Shown here piece after piece: positions 22,169 through 36,080 of a stretch of DNA of 64,000 bases. The translations under genes and the position numbers were made by a program. This DNA is from Gnetum montanum (taxonomy: Eukaryota; Plantae; Gnetophyta), in contig MNCI01002112.1 of assembly GCA_015680685.1 (NCBI GenBank), positions 62,001 through 126,000 on the forward strand, given 5' to 3'. The notes below the pieces were generated by a model. It was given only the letters and a program-made list of their open reading frames with translations, did no database searches and was not told the origin of the DNA. The number at the start of each line of letters is the position of its first letter. Position 1 is the stretch's first letter.

Positions 22169-22970
22169 TATTTTGGTGCCTTTGCTGCATGTCATGGTAG
22201 TTCTGTGAGCCTTCTACACCCTGATACACACGAGCGTAGACGCGACACCCTCTTGCGGTTGTTTGCACTCTATGCGATGCAAACTGGTCACCCCGACGGC
22301 TCCTCTGAAGCGCTACGAAACACAAGGCATCCAATCATCAGTTAACTAGCTCATTTTATGATCATCTTGCATGTGTGCTACACCCCACCTTGTGTGGTGT
22401 AGACTGGTCGCCTTAATGATCCCTCCAAGACCCTACAAGAAATAAAGCCTACCTGATTACTAGCTAACTTGCCCATCCTACAGTTGTCTTGCCTGCGTTC
22501 TGTACCTTATTCTGTGTGGTATAGATCGGTCGCCTCAACAATCCCTCTGGGATCCTGCGAGACACAAAAATTACCTAGTCACTAGTTAATTTTCTCATCT
22601 TACAGTAGTCTCGTATGCCTTCCACACCCCGACTTACATTAGCATAGACTCAACACCCTTTGTGGTTGTTTGCACTTCATGCGGTGTAGATCGGTTACCT
22701 CAACGGTTCCTCTAGGACCCTATGAGATAATAAGCCTCCTGATGGTGATCTAACTTGCTTCTTCTATAGTAGTCCCACATACGTCCTGTACCCTAGCTAG
22801 CACAGGTGAAGATGTGACACCCTTTGTGGTTGTTTGTTTCTTGTGTGGTGTAGGTCGATCACCTCGACGACCCCTCCGGGATTCTGCAAGATGTAAAGCC
22901 ACCTGTTGTTATTTTTTAACTCCTTTTATTCTTTTGCATTTTCTAGCATTTTCACATAATCACTTGCTTG

Positions 22971-25900
22971 ATGATGAATTCTACCACCACCACCGTTGGT
23001 GCTTCCAACATGGAGGTGCCCTTCATGGTCCTAGGCACTACTGGTGCCGAACAACGGCTGAATCCAACACCAGAAGCACGCTGGTCTCTCAGGATCCAAA
23101 ATCAAGGACTTGAGGGCCTATCCCAGCAACATGAGCATTACAATTTCCTTTGTTTGAAGGTGTAGGCTAACTTGCCCTTGGATTTACATGAACTTGAAGA
23201 AGAACGTAGCTTCGAGTTCGCTTACTGCAACAGGGAGGAATTCTTTCCTAACCAGGTCATTTCTCTGCCTTTGATACAAGTGAACCAAAGGCTACTAGAC
23301 CAACTAATCCATTTGACAAGGCTTAGGGAGCAACAAGACACAGTGGCCAACTAGGATGACATCTTTCAAGATGGGCAGGAGGAACTCGATTCCTAATCTA
23401 ATGAAGGAGGCCCAACCAACCCCATTCCTATCCCGCCTACCTAGTTCTTCAAGGCCAACCTACTACCTGTCGCCACCCCTTTGCCATCATGCCTATGCTT
23501 CAGCAGCCTACAAATGCAACTAAAGTGGGTAGCCATGTTACGTTCCTAGCACCTCATCACCCCTATTGCCTAGTTGCACCGGCAACGACTATGCCACCAC
23601 AAGTTGTTTATCAGCATGCTACCACAATACGCAACATGCCTATCATAGCTACCCTACCGCATGTCCATTATGTACCTACTTTGCAACTATACCTAACTCC
23701 TATACCAATTCCTACATATGCATCTGTTCCACCCACTGTGATGGGCCCAGGCCCATCCACATGGTGGACTCTGCTCGCTTCCTTGTCTGTTCTGCAACCA
23801 TCGCAGATGTGTCATTACATTCACCCTAACGTCTACTTGACCTCACAAACCGCTCAACCTGGCACGGGGCCATGGGTTATCCCATCGATGACCCAAGTGT
23901 CCTATCAGGCGACTCAACCCACTATTACCGCTCTGATGATACCACCCACCAGATGATGGACAACACAAACAACACCTTTAGCAGGGGTGGCCCTAACAGC
24001 ACAGCCGATGGGTCAAATCGCCACCGCTACCATGCCACATGTGGGAGTTGCCTCCACAGTCCCTCAGCTATCTACAATGTCCCTGGGGCTATACCAAGCA
24101 TTTTATCTTATTCATACCCTAACTGAGGAAGTAAAACACCTCAATGCTGTTGGGTTCGACATGGTACAAGTCATGGACTTTTACCAAGATGACCCCATCA
24201 ACCTTGTAATCCCTGCCTTGATATTACCACCTGGGATGTCCACCCTACACTTCATGAAGTACGATGGAGAAGGAGATCCCAATAGACATCTCGTCACTTT
24301 CCAGTCAGAGTCTTTGTTGCTGCAATAATGGCCACATACGATCATTCGCGTCTTCGCCATGTCCCTAGCTGGGAAAGCCCTAGATTGGTATTGCATGTTT
24401 CCACGTTCATCCATTTCAACTTTGAAAGAACTCTTGACCCAGTTTGTGACACGCTTCAAGTATAACTTGGAGCCAAAAACCATGATGGATCAGCTGATGA
24501 GTGTGAACCAAGACCCACTAGAACCAGTCCAAAAATTCATTCAACATTGGAGCGCAACCCTTAACGAAATCCATGAACCTATCATAGAGGCTCATTTGTT
24601 AGCCATCTTTAAGGGTGTAGTGAATGACTTTATCAAGTCAAAACTATATTACCTTGATCCATGCTCACTTAGTCAAGCTTTTGCTCAGATGAAAAGCATA
24701 CAAGACATAGTCGAGGTAAGCAAAGACTCGGCTTACATCACTTATAAGAACAGTTTTGCAAAGAAGGACAAGGGTAAGGCCCCAATGACCATGGTGGTTG
24801 CTATGGAAGCTGAGGATAAGCCCAAACATAGCAATAGCGGAAACAAGAATAATAAGAAACCGACCACACCTGAAGCCGACTCAGGGCCCAAGCCGGGCCA
24901 AGCATTACAACCCGTTGTTCCTGCACCCGAGACATCTACATACACTAAACCTAATTTCAAATGTAAAGATCATTCAAAATACACCCCACTACCTGTCAAA
25001 CCTTTAGAACTCCTAAAGTAACTGTTGGCAGTAGGATACATTCAACACAAGTGGATGTCAGAAGAAGAAAACATGAGGCATCGACGCTATTGCGAGCTCC
25101 TTAGAAATCCCTCTTTAGCCCTGCCCAACGAGCCTCTAGTTCCTAAAGGTTTTAGGCTGGACAAGTTTTGCGACTATCATCAACTATGTGGTCATACCAT
25201 GGATTATTTTCTATTGTTGCAAAATGACATCCAAAGAATAATTGACCTAGGGTAGTTGGTGCTAGATGAAAGTAGCCTAGTACGTCCTAAAAACCAATCC
25301 ATGTATGTCTACACCGATCCCCTCAATGCCAATAATTCTAGTTATGTAATCAATGTCATCGATATTGATAATGATCCCATGCCACCCTTCCAGCCGTTTG
25401 TGATTCTCATGCCTTAGGGTAGTGCACCAACGCCACCAATGGTTGGTCCAAGCCCGCGTCACCCTTCATCTTGAAAGTCCCACCACGGGCATCTACCTCT
25501 GCACCACCTGTTGGCGGGGCCACACAACCCCATCTGCTAACACCTCTAGCTCCATTCATCATTAGGGGGCAAACATCTTCGATAGCCCCCATCCCATGCA
25601 ACAACATTAAACAACCTCCTTGTCCCATAACGCGAGAAACCTACTTGGTGGGTGAGGCATCGAAGGGGAATACCATCAAAAGCATCTCCAAAACTATGCC
25701 TTTGCCCTTTAAGTTTACACCTTCTTCACCAAAGATGAAGGTCAATGCAAGCATACATCCTATGGTTGCCTATCGTCAAAAATTTGAACCTGGGTCTGGG
25801 ATTGTCTCCCCTCGGGAGATTCATCTTCTAGGGTGAATCGAGGAGGAGGGTGTCAAACAGACGGATGCCCAAGACTTCTTGAACACCCTTACCTAGGTTG

Positions 25901-26750
25901 GGCAAACCCCAAGGCAAAAAAATACCACGTTAAGCCTATACGACCTAGTCATAACATCCGCCCCTCACCGCAAGGCTCTGGTCCACATATTAATGGTGAT
26001 TCTAGTCGATGAAAACATGTCGGCAAATGAGAAAGCGATCCACTCAGTCATACTCCCCTCCATACCCATGGAGTCCACAGTACCTCCATTAACTTTCAGC
26101 AACAAAGCCATTAAGGAGGATCCCAAAAGGGGTCAAGTGACTACGGTGCCTCTCTTCATCATAATTTGGGTCGGCCAGTATTGAATCTGAAGGGTACATG
26201 TCAATGATGGGGCAGCTACAAATGTCATCTCTTTGCCTATTATAGAGAAGCTGGGGTTGGTCAACCAGATTACACCAACAGTGACTTCGTGTCTGCAGTG
26301 CTTCAACAGGGCACGTGTCCTAGTGAAAGGCATAGTTCAAGTAAACTTTGTAGTAGGGAATGAGCTCCCCATAGACGTAATGTTCATTGTAGTCAAAGAA
26401 ATGCCTAGGTTTAACCTAATCCTGGGAAGATTGTGGTTAGCACAACTCAGGGTTGTCTCCTTGCCTATATACATCAGGAAATCCAGTTACCATATGAGGG
26501 TAGGGAGGTGATAATCCATGGCGACGAGGTGGTAATGCAAGCAATCAGTAACATAAACATGGAGCTAGGTTTAGAGGTTACAACCTTTGAAGATGAAGTG
26601 CCTATTCATGCATGCACCAATCATACAATGAAGGGGTCAGCCCAATGAAGCGACCCTCACCCTTTCAAGCGAAAGATAGTAACACGAGCAAAGGCCCTAG
26701 CGAAACGCCTTGACCTTATGTCCTAATCAACCCACAGAAGGTCAAGAGGC
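22971..26750 (+). pseudogene. gag: Degenerate gag-protease (copy C)
   Basis: ORFs 23987-25255 contain FMKYDGEGDPNRHL, SLAGKALDWY and FCDYHQLCGHT. The protease reads RVHVNDGAATNV at ~26191. Confidence 0.9.
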
Positions 26751-27129
26751 AGCTATGTGTAGCATAGCAGCCTTGCAACCTCCCACCCAGTCGCCATCCT
26801 CGCATATTCTCTTTCTACTTAGCTTGACAGCGTGTCGTATTTTCGGCATGATATGCCAATGGCCCGAAATTTCCTAAAACTAACAAACAGCTCGAATTGG
26901 CCTAAAACTAGCATTATCACCTTTACATTATTCACTACGCAAATGGCCTGAAATGGCCTAAAACTAATAAACAGCCCAAAATGGCCTAAAACTAGCATAC
27001 GAGAGCATGAAAACTTTACGTAACACACATGATAATACGATATCGGTTTCCTTTCTAAAGTCTTGCATTTTTGTCAAAATTTTTCGCCTATTGGTAGTGT
27101 CTATAAATTCTTCCAAAAAAAGGAGAGGG

Positions 27130-28620
27130 AGTCCACCCTCATGCTCTCATAAGCTATCCCCATTTGCATCGCCTTCACCATTTATCTCTACTTCATCCAC
27201 TTGCGCATTGTCTACTCCTATATTACCCCCTATCGACACCTCATTCCTTCCCTCCATGGGCTTCACATCCTCATTAAGAGCCTGTGTCCCAAAAGATAAA
27301 GTAGTTAGTAGGGACAAAAAATGCGATAAATGACAGCTGTATCAAAGCATCAAAGCGACTAACCTAAGGGGAGCCTACATCAGTCACAAGAGGTATCTGG
27401 TCTAGACCAAGCCTGAGATGATGCTCAATCTCCTCCATCAAAATATTCATCCAAGGGCTATCATTAGGTTCAGCATTCACAGTGACAACTTTTTCCCTTT
27501 CCAAAGTTGTGCATTTTAGAGGTTCCCAGGAAAGAGAGGTGGTTGCGGTCTCTCCTATAGGAAGGGTCACCCCCAAGTTTGGAGATTCCGTGACCTTCAA
27601 CTGCTCTTTAAATTTGGCATAAGACTTATAAGCGCCGATGGCCTTCACGAACACCTCATACGAGAATGCCTCCATAGTAGCATCTCTATACAACCTTTGA
27701 TGGGTTTCGTTTTCTAGCTTGTAGGTATATTTGTGGTCCCTCTGGGTGTTCCCCCATTCGAAGATATGGATGCTGATGTCCTTCATATCTTGGAACTTCT
27801 GGGCCAGCAAATCCATCTGCATCTACTGTTTGACTATTTCGTAGGAGGATTCTACATTCCGATGAATGAAAGTTAAAAACCCAGGATAGTTGGGCATAGC
27901 CCTTTGCAACTCAGCAGGGTCAGGGTTGCGGTTTATGAGGAAATCAATCATTGACCTAAGGTCCTCCACCTCAGCGACCAGTTCTGCCTCTCTCTGTTCG
28001 CTCCTATGGGCCCATTTCCACAATTCCTCATTGGTACATGTACATTCCCATAGAGAGTGCACCGAGTGCAAGATGCATTTGTAAACCTCGTCAAATATAT
28101 GATGAGATACTTCGGTCATGTTAGACAAGAGTGTGGGCACCGCGCCAATATCCATAGGTCGAGCCAGGTCCCACTTGAGCTGAGAGGCTGTAGAAATTAT
28201 AATAATCATGTTAACATGACATAAATTAATACATTCAAGAGTTTTAGCATAGCAGCATAGGGGCTATCAACACTCCTACTTACCCACATGAGGATCCACC
28301 TGCTGAAGGTGTTTGATCATGTCATCAACAAGCCCCTGAAAAAATGTAAACTTGTCAGGAAATTCAGCCCATGACTTCGTCCGAGGCAGAGGAGGTCCTA
28401 AGACATCAGTAGTAGCACCTATTACATGATTAAGCATGTCAGAAATGGCTGAAATGGACTACGGTAGGGTACATCCAAAGCCTAAACTCACCAACATCTT
28501 GTTGTTGTCTTGTTTCTTGCCAATGCAAGACAATCGTGGTAGGTTCGGTAGAAGGCCTGGCCAAGTCCATAAGAACTCCTACCTCAAGTGCTGGTGCTTT
28601 TCCTTTCAAGAGAGCAGCGT
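27130..28620 (-). pseudogene. 3' exons of the antisense gene (copy C)
   Basis: ORFs 27364-27822 and 27823-28209. Introns at 28283-28188 (GG|GTAAGT...TTCTACAG|) and 27363-27282 (AG|GTTAGT...CACAG|). Confidence 0.82.
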
Positions 28621-29212
28621 ATTTTTTATTTTGGTTTATGGTTTAGGGTTCATATACACCTTATATATATGTTCCCATAGTAATCTAAGTTCATTTTCCT
28701 CATTTTCTACTAAGGGAGTTGTTCAAATTTTCTCTCGTAACTTAGAGCTTTGCACACTCATCTTCCACTTGCAATATCTAGCTCTATACTACTTTGATTT
28801 CCATACCATTTAAACCCACCTAAACCTAGAGTGTTCATGTTAGTTTTTTTTTCTTTGGGGGGGGGGGGGGGGGGGGTGCTTTCATGTGAAACTTGTACCA
28901 AACTACTAGAATTTTCTATCACCCAAAGGGTATTATAAGAGTAAGAGTGTTAAAAACTTCAAGTGTTATCATGGAAAATCAATTGTATTAGGGATCATAA
29001 CCATTACTATAAGCCATACATATGGAAAAAGGAACCAATTGCGAATGGTTGTGAGGAGATAGACATTTTTTATGGATTTTTCTTGAAAATTTTTCTAGCT
29101 CTATGATCATATGCATTAAGAAATTAATGAACTAAGGTAATGAGTAAGGTATAAATTAATTAATGATAACAACTACAACCTTAGTAACAACTTGATCTTT
29201 TCTTGATTACAG

Positions 29213-31910
29213 ATGGTCCCAAAAAGAGGTGCACAGGGTGAACCCTTGCAAAGAGCTACTAAGCATCCATGAGGTAGCGAAGGCTAGCAAGGCGAACATG
29301 TAGAACATGTAGAGTAAGAAGCCCAATCCTTTAGCATCCACCAAGAGGCTCTTGCTACCAGGCAATCAATCCAAGGGGGAGCTGTAAAACCATAAGCTCC
29401 CATACAAGGACAACATCTCATGTCACCTTTTGATTACCTTGCTGTCATTCTAGAGAAGTCCACGTTGACCTTGATCATCATGGAAATGAATTTCGGTCCA
29501 TTCATGGAGTTTTCTCTAGAAGAGGTTTGGACACAACTTAAGGCATTTCCATTGTGGCCCATTGTATCAGATAGTGGTTAGTGGTACTTTGGTGAAACTC
29601 ATCAATTATAGCACAACAAAGATGAAGGCACCACCATCAACATCTATGGAGTAAACATCTTTTTTGAGTCAAAGCTATTGATGCAACTCTCAATTTACTA
29701 AATGATGGAGCTAAGGTAGCCCATTTGTCAACCAGATCTAACCCTGAGACTAAAAAGCTATGGCTGAAGTAGGCATATGGCAAGGAGGATAAAATGTATA
29801 ATGAAATGACTCTAGAAGAGAGAACATATTTCAAGATTGGGACTTACCACTTGTTTTCCACCAAAAGGCATAATTTAATTTCCACATATGTGGCCAAGGG
29901 AAGTGCTATTCTAATGGGAAAATTTGCAGATAATATTCCCCAATTTTATTTAACTAAAATCCAATGAGGATTTGAAGAGAAGAAGGTAAGGAAACCAACA
30001 CTTCCATTTCCTTGCCTAATTAAAAGGCTAAGCAAGCATGCTAGAATCTTGGGATATACAAATGATATTCCCAAAAAGGCTTAGAACACCTCATTTTCTA
30101 AACTCCTAAAACTTGTAGCACCATGAAAAGATCTTGGTGAAGAATAAGAAGCAAAGAAGGAGACAAAACCACAAGTAGAAATACAACATGAGCCTAACCA
30201 GCACCCACAAACACAAGCTCTACCACTACCATCATTGCAAGACTATAGGCCCTCAATGAGCCATTTGCCAAAGATCGTTGAAGTCATTAGTTGGGAAAGT
30301 AGGGACAATTCTAACCTCTTTAGACTGATGGATGATGTTGTATAGTCCACAATTTTAGTTGATCCAACATGGGGGGAGATCTCACTACAATCAAGAGAAG
30401 AAGGATCCCAATGATCACAACAAATCTCTGGAAATGCTGCATCCTTCCAAGTAATGCTCAAAATAGGAGAAGGTCCCATAGTTGTGGTACTACAACATGA
30501 GGATGCGATAGGCATGATAGAAGTAATCACTGACCATATCAACAAATCATTCAATGTGCCTATTTTACCCCCAATAGATCTAACTAGAACCAGAGATGCA
30601 CAAATGTTGGTTAGGTCTTCAATGGCTCTTGCTATGCATGAGGAAGTGTGTGATCAACTACTATAGATGGGGTAGGTGATGACCACATTGTTTGAAATTG
30701 CTAGTAATGTCATTGCAACATAGTTAGACCTCATCACCACAAAAGAAAAGTTGATCATGGTAGAAGTTAGGGCAGAGCATGCTAAAGAAGAAGTACAAAG
30801 ACTACAATAAGATTTAGCTACCCTAAGAGTCACACAATGTGATCCTACCTATTTTTTTGTTTCTAATTAATTGGAACAATTTAGGATTGAGAAAATAACC
30901 AATATAATGAAGGAAAACTCATCTACTAAATAAGAAAAAGAGAAGGTGGTATGGAGTTCCTCTGCTATTGATGCACAATCCCATGTATACAAAAATTCAT
31001 TGACCATCATACAAGAAGAAAACAAGTAGCTCACCGTAGAAAACTCAAGGTTGACCATAGTTGAGAAGCAAAAGAACATTCATAAGGAAAGCATCCACTA
31101 ATTGAGAGAACAACTAGTGAGGGCCAACCAAGATATTAGTAGATAGACTAGGGAAAATAGAACCCTCTCAATGGAGGAGGTCCATGCTATCCATTAAAAG
31201 TTAGTAATTGAAATTAGTGTATGATAAAATGAGGTCCAAAAGCATAAGAAATTAAAGGAACACTTCCACAAATAGGTAGGCATGTACAAGTAGATAAATT
31301 GAAAAGAGATCCAGATGGCCAAAGTCCACATCAACTCCTTGTCAACTCAAAATCCTAAGTGGCATCCCATCTTGTATAGCTATGCCTTGGTCCATCAAGT
31401 GAAAGTCAAGAATAAAAGACATGTAGATAGAATATTTTGAAAGAATACATTAGTTGACTAATCTCATATATGACAAACTTGCCATGTTAATAGGAGGTTG
31501 ACATAGAAATGAGTCGAAAAGGCAAGTGGTGACCACATGTGCATTATATTAGAAAGATTTTATAGATCGAAAGGATGATTTGTAGAAGTTGTAGGTGGAA
31601 AAATTTTAATTGGAGGTGGTCAAAGCCAACTATCAAGGACAAAAGGATGTAGCCTCAAACCTAGCTAAATCACTACCAAATTATCATGAACTTAGAGACA
31701 ATGCTATGACCTTTGAGAAGGAATGATGGTAGTTCATCACTTGGTATGTAAAGGTAAATCAGATGTTCCCACAACTACCATGTCCTTGAGATGTACCAAC
31801 ACCAACACACATAAACTTAGTAGCCTAGATGGTGCACAACCCAAGGACGGAAGAATAGAAGTTGTAGGCATTGCTGAATCATTACAAATTTTAAAAGCTA
31901 CCTCGAGGCA
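29213..31910 (+). pseudogene. Degenerate Athila ORF2/env-like protein with long coiled-coil region
   Basis: ATG (MVPKRG) directly after TTTTCTTGATTACAG, LPFPCLI motif, charged heptad-like stretch at 30740-31300, many stops. Confidence 0.55.
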
Positions 31911-32119
31911 CCACATGAGCTTTCTAATTTTTTTTTAGTTTTTTTTTTTTGTAATAATGTGTCCTATTTTTTGTATTACATCACTGCAACATGCAAGAGT
32001 AAATTATTTTGTTTCTTTTTAAGTTAGTCAATAATCCCATACCTTCTTAATATTTTGTAAAGAACTTGTTCATCATTTTGTTTAACTCAAGGACAAGTTT
32101 TCATTTAGTTGTGGGGGTA

Positions 32120-32956
32120 TGATGAGTCATGATTTGTCAAGCCCTGATGTTGGATACCTGACATTAAAGCCTTGATGTTGAGTACCTGATGTCAGGGCCT
32201 AGAAGTGATGTTAGATATCCAATGTCATCTCCTTTGGGTTTGTCTATAAATATAGCACTTGGGTCCACAATTTGGAGATGGTAGATACTGTAGAGTTTTA
32301 GTTTTAGTTTTCAGTTTTGATAGTCTTTCTCTTAGTCCTCTTATGTTCCCAATGCATGCTTTTAGTATGATTCTTGTAATCGTACAATACATTTGTTTGA
32401 GTATGGCATACTTGGACATGTTACATGACTAGAAATAAAGAGTAAGATTACTTTCATCATTGTAGCATCCACTTAGATTATTATTGCTTTTACATACTAA
32501 TTATTCACTATTTTCCTTAGTAAAATATTTTCATTTCTTGCTATTTACTATTCCTATTATTAAGTGAAATGAATACGCCTTAATCATGAGCATTTAAGTG
32601 TGAGTACTTGGTAACCCAATAGTGTATTATTTTGCAGACCCAATGACAAATGCTTGGAAATCCTAGAGGTAGTATAGACAATTAAGAGTGGATACCCATC
32701 ACATGTAGGCTAGTTTATATTTTTCTCTCCATTGTTTAGTAGCTTAATTAATTCATCTCTTTTTCATCATTAGGAGTAGCATAGAATTCAACAACATCAT
32801 ATGCCTCACTTTGGACTAAACCATACATGAAAAAACTACCACTAGTCCAAGTGGAAAGACAATGAACTGCAATCAGATTATAACAATCTAGATACTGAAA
32901 CTAGTTCCATTTGCAAAATTTGATGAGATTGTGCATGAGTACCTTGCCACTCATCA
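32120..32956 (+). repeat. LTR (837 bp), 3' LTR of the Athila-like element
   Basis: Perfect 8-bp terminal inverted repeat TGATGAGT...ACTCATCA, TATAAA at ~32244, preceded by a G-rich PPT and not followed by a PBS. Confidence 0.8.
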
Positions 32957-33899
32957 GTTTCAGTTGTGATGGTTTTTCATTTTTTACTTTTTTTTTTAAT
33001 TCAAGTAAACAAAAAAAATCCAAAGAATCTTTGACAAGTGGTTGCTAGGTTTGATTTTGTACCTGTTATGTAATCAAATTAGAAGGTTCTTAACATGAAG
33101 TTAGGAAGTGATGGAATCCTCTTTTATCTTTTTGTATTGTATAATGTTTCTAAAATTTCTAAACAATATTATATATTATAATATAATCCCTCATCTTTCT
33201 TAAGAGTAATATTTTATGCATAATGTATACAATACTCTTATTTTTTATTAGATTCCATGTGCTAAATGATTTCATGTATAGTCAAGAAAAGAGGTTAAAA
33301 ATATAATTTAATTATGAAAGTCCTAAAAAGATGTATCTTGTATCTATTGATTTTAATGAAAGAATTTTTTGAGAATCATCCTCTCTTAGGTAGAAAATAT
33401 TTCCTAGAAAATAGGATGAAGAGTTTACATCAGAGAATAAAGAATCTTATGGAATACAAAATTGAAAGTTCTACCACTATGATATTTTCCTAAACATGTG
33501 AAGAAGTCATGTTGTATTTGAAAAGTAATTATGAAAAAAAATTTAAAGATCCTTTCTATCTCTTATTTTTTCTCTCAAATGGTGATGTTGGGAAGAAAAT
33601 AAAATATTAAAAGAAAATAGGAAAGACATATTGTTTATATAACATGCAAGAAGGATGTGAAATCATATGTTGAATCTTAACTTTAGTCTAAAGGACTTAT
33701 ATATCAGGAGTCTTGGTATAATCTTACATGACTCAGATATGTATGCCAAAAGTCTTGTCCACACATAAAAACCTTAATTTAAGGTTTTAATTTTATGTGT
33801 GAATTTTATGGATGATGTTAAAATGATAACTTAACACATGTCCATCTAAAGTAGCTAATTTTGAAGTATTATCTACCTTATGTTTAATTATCAATGATT

Positions 33900-36080
33900 T
33901 ATTCCACTTAAATGAAAATTTATTATGAACATTCTTCCTATTAATTTTCCATAATAAGACCAAGTCTCCCTCTCTAAATGGATTTCATATTTCTTAATGA
34001 TCAAATCATCTCTTCATTATTACAACATTTTTCAAGAGCTTATCCTAAGCTTCATCAACGTTTGCCTCTCTTTCTAATAGCAAAGCTATTAATCCATATT
34101 TCTTATTTGATACTGGACTATAATTCTCCATGAACTCTATTTTTGATGACACAATTTTATTCATTATTCAATAATTAAACCCATAAAATAGGCTAAATGG
34201 TGAAGTAGTTATCAATTTCTTAATCTTGATCCTATCTATCTATAAAGCTCCTTGCAGCAATTCCTACTAGTTCTGTAAACTCTTATCCATGGAGTGCTTA
34301 ATATATGAAATTCAATTTTTGTTAGTAAATTTAGCTAATCCATTTTCTTAAGGGTAATAATTTGAAGAGGAATAAAGTAAAATTTATTTTTTTAATCCTA
34401 TCTTATAAATTTAGTTGAATGAAAAGTTGTACCATTATTAGTGACTAATGATTTTGGAATTTCAAACTAATTTATAATGTAATGCTCTATAAATTTAATT
34501 ACATCATTGAATGTAATTTTTTTCAAAGATTTAGCTTCTAGCCATTTAGTAAAATAATCAGTAGTCATCAAGATGAACCTATGTCCTACTTTAGATGGAG
34601 TAATAACTCCTATAAAATCGAATCCCCATCTCCAAAAGGGATTATCTATTACTATTAGCTTTAATGGAGCACTTGTTTTCTTTATTTTTGGTCCATGAAT
34701 TTGAACTTTATAGTAAGTATTTTTTAATATAAGTCCTTATATATTGAAGGCTAGTAAAATCTATGTCCCAAGATATGTTGCGTTGTATCTCTTCAAGATT
34801 CATAATATAAGCCTTTATGGTTATGGAATTGGCTTAGAATTTCTTTAATTCTTTGATTGGATATGGATTCTAATAATATTCCTCTAAATTCATTTTAGTA
34901 TAAGATTCTTTAATTAAGAATGTATCTATTTTTCTTATGGATAAATTTTTTTTCCTTTACTTAAATTTTTTGGAATTTCTTGCTTAGTTAGAAACTTTAG
35001 TGTATCATCATACTACTTTTTTATTTTAGGAGGAGCTAATATTTCATGTTTGGATTTTTTTTTTCATAATCTTAAACAATCCAATATTTTTAACTATTTT
35101 ACAAATTTCCATTTTGAACTTAAATTACTATAGCTTAATTATCTAATTAGCTCTCTTGAGACCAATTTCATTCTGAGATAAAAATTGTCTCACAACTAGC
35201 TCTATGGTCATAATATGAATAGTCATATCTTCTAGATAATAATTGCAATGAGTTAGAGTTTTTATTATAGAAAATACTTTCTTCTCAAGTTCAAAATACC
35301 TATTCTTACCTCTTTTTAATTGATAACCAAAAATTCAATCAAGTTTTCTTCCTTTACATCTCTTTGTGTTAATATTACAACCAAATATTTTGTATATGCA
35401 AAGACAAAAAACCAAAAGTCTTATTTTAATATGGGTATCATATTTTCTAAATTAATTTTAAGGCTTCTACCAATTACTTAGTTTTTTGGACTTTAACATC
35501 CTTCTTCAACATTTGTAAGAGTGGTTTTGTTATTTTTTTGAATCCTTGAATAAATCTTTTCATGACATTCATCTTTCCAAATAATCATCTTAATGACTTA
35601 TTATTTGTAGGATGTTCCATTCTTTAAATAGCTTGTATTCTTGATTGATCTATGGATATTCCTTTTTGAAAAATTATGTGTCGAAGTAATTTTCTGATTT
35701 TCCTTCAAAAATACATTTATGAGGATTTAAAGAAATGTTAAAATCCTTACATCTATTAATATTTGTGGTAAGTGAATAATATGATTTTGTGCATGCTTTC
35801 AATAAATTGTAATATCATCCAAATATATAGCTATTGATTTTCCAATAAGCCTTGTGAATGCACTATCCATGGCTCATCAAAATGTACCTCTTATATTTGA
35901 TAGGTTAAAAGGCATTCTATTTTATGCAAAGGTTCCCCATTTTGTGATAAATGATGGCTTATATCTATCATTCTTATCTACTATTATCTAATTATAGCTT
36001 GAGAAACCATCTAAAAATGAGTACAATTGACAACTTGAGACTTTTATAAGGATCTCATTGATCTTTAGGAGTGAGTATCT
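33900..36080 (-). pseudogene. pol: Highly decayed gypsy pol fragment (RT-RH-INT, no aRH evident)
   Basis: Reverse strand: YSFLDGFSSYN ~36000-36025, FITKWGTF, IYLDDI ~35812-35829, PFWRWGFDFIG...TDYFTKW ~34540-34640. Interrupted at 36080 by a copia LTR. Confidence 0.8.

Larger units (their letters stand above)
20409..28620 (+). mobile_element. Tat-type gypsy element, copy C (5'LTR-PBS-gag-PR-minisatellite-3' exons of antisense gene; truncated)
   Basis: Colinear with copy B up to B ~12540; homology stops abruptly at ~28620. Confidence 0.9.
28620..32956 (+). mobile_element. 3' part of an Athila-like gypsy element (env-like ORF2, PPT, 3' LTR)
   Basis: LPFPCLIKRLSKHA motif at 30001 is typical of Athila ORF2. 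AGGACAAG...TAGTTGTGGGGG PPT context precedes the LTR. Confidence 0.65.

Noticed and set aside
28857-28876. G20 run (and G22 at 53242-53263) as functional G-quadruplexes
   Set aside because: These are simple homopolymers. The second is an expansion of the array's AATAGGGG tail, and lengths may be sequencing artefacts.
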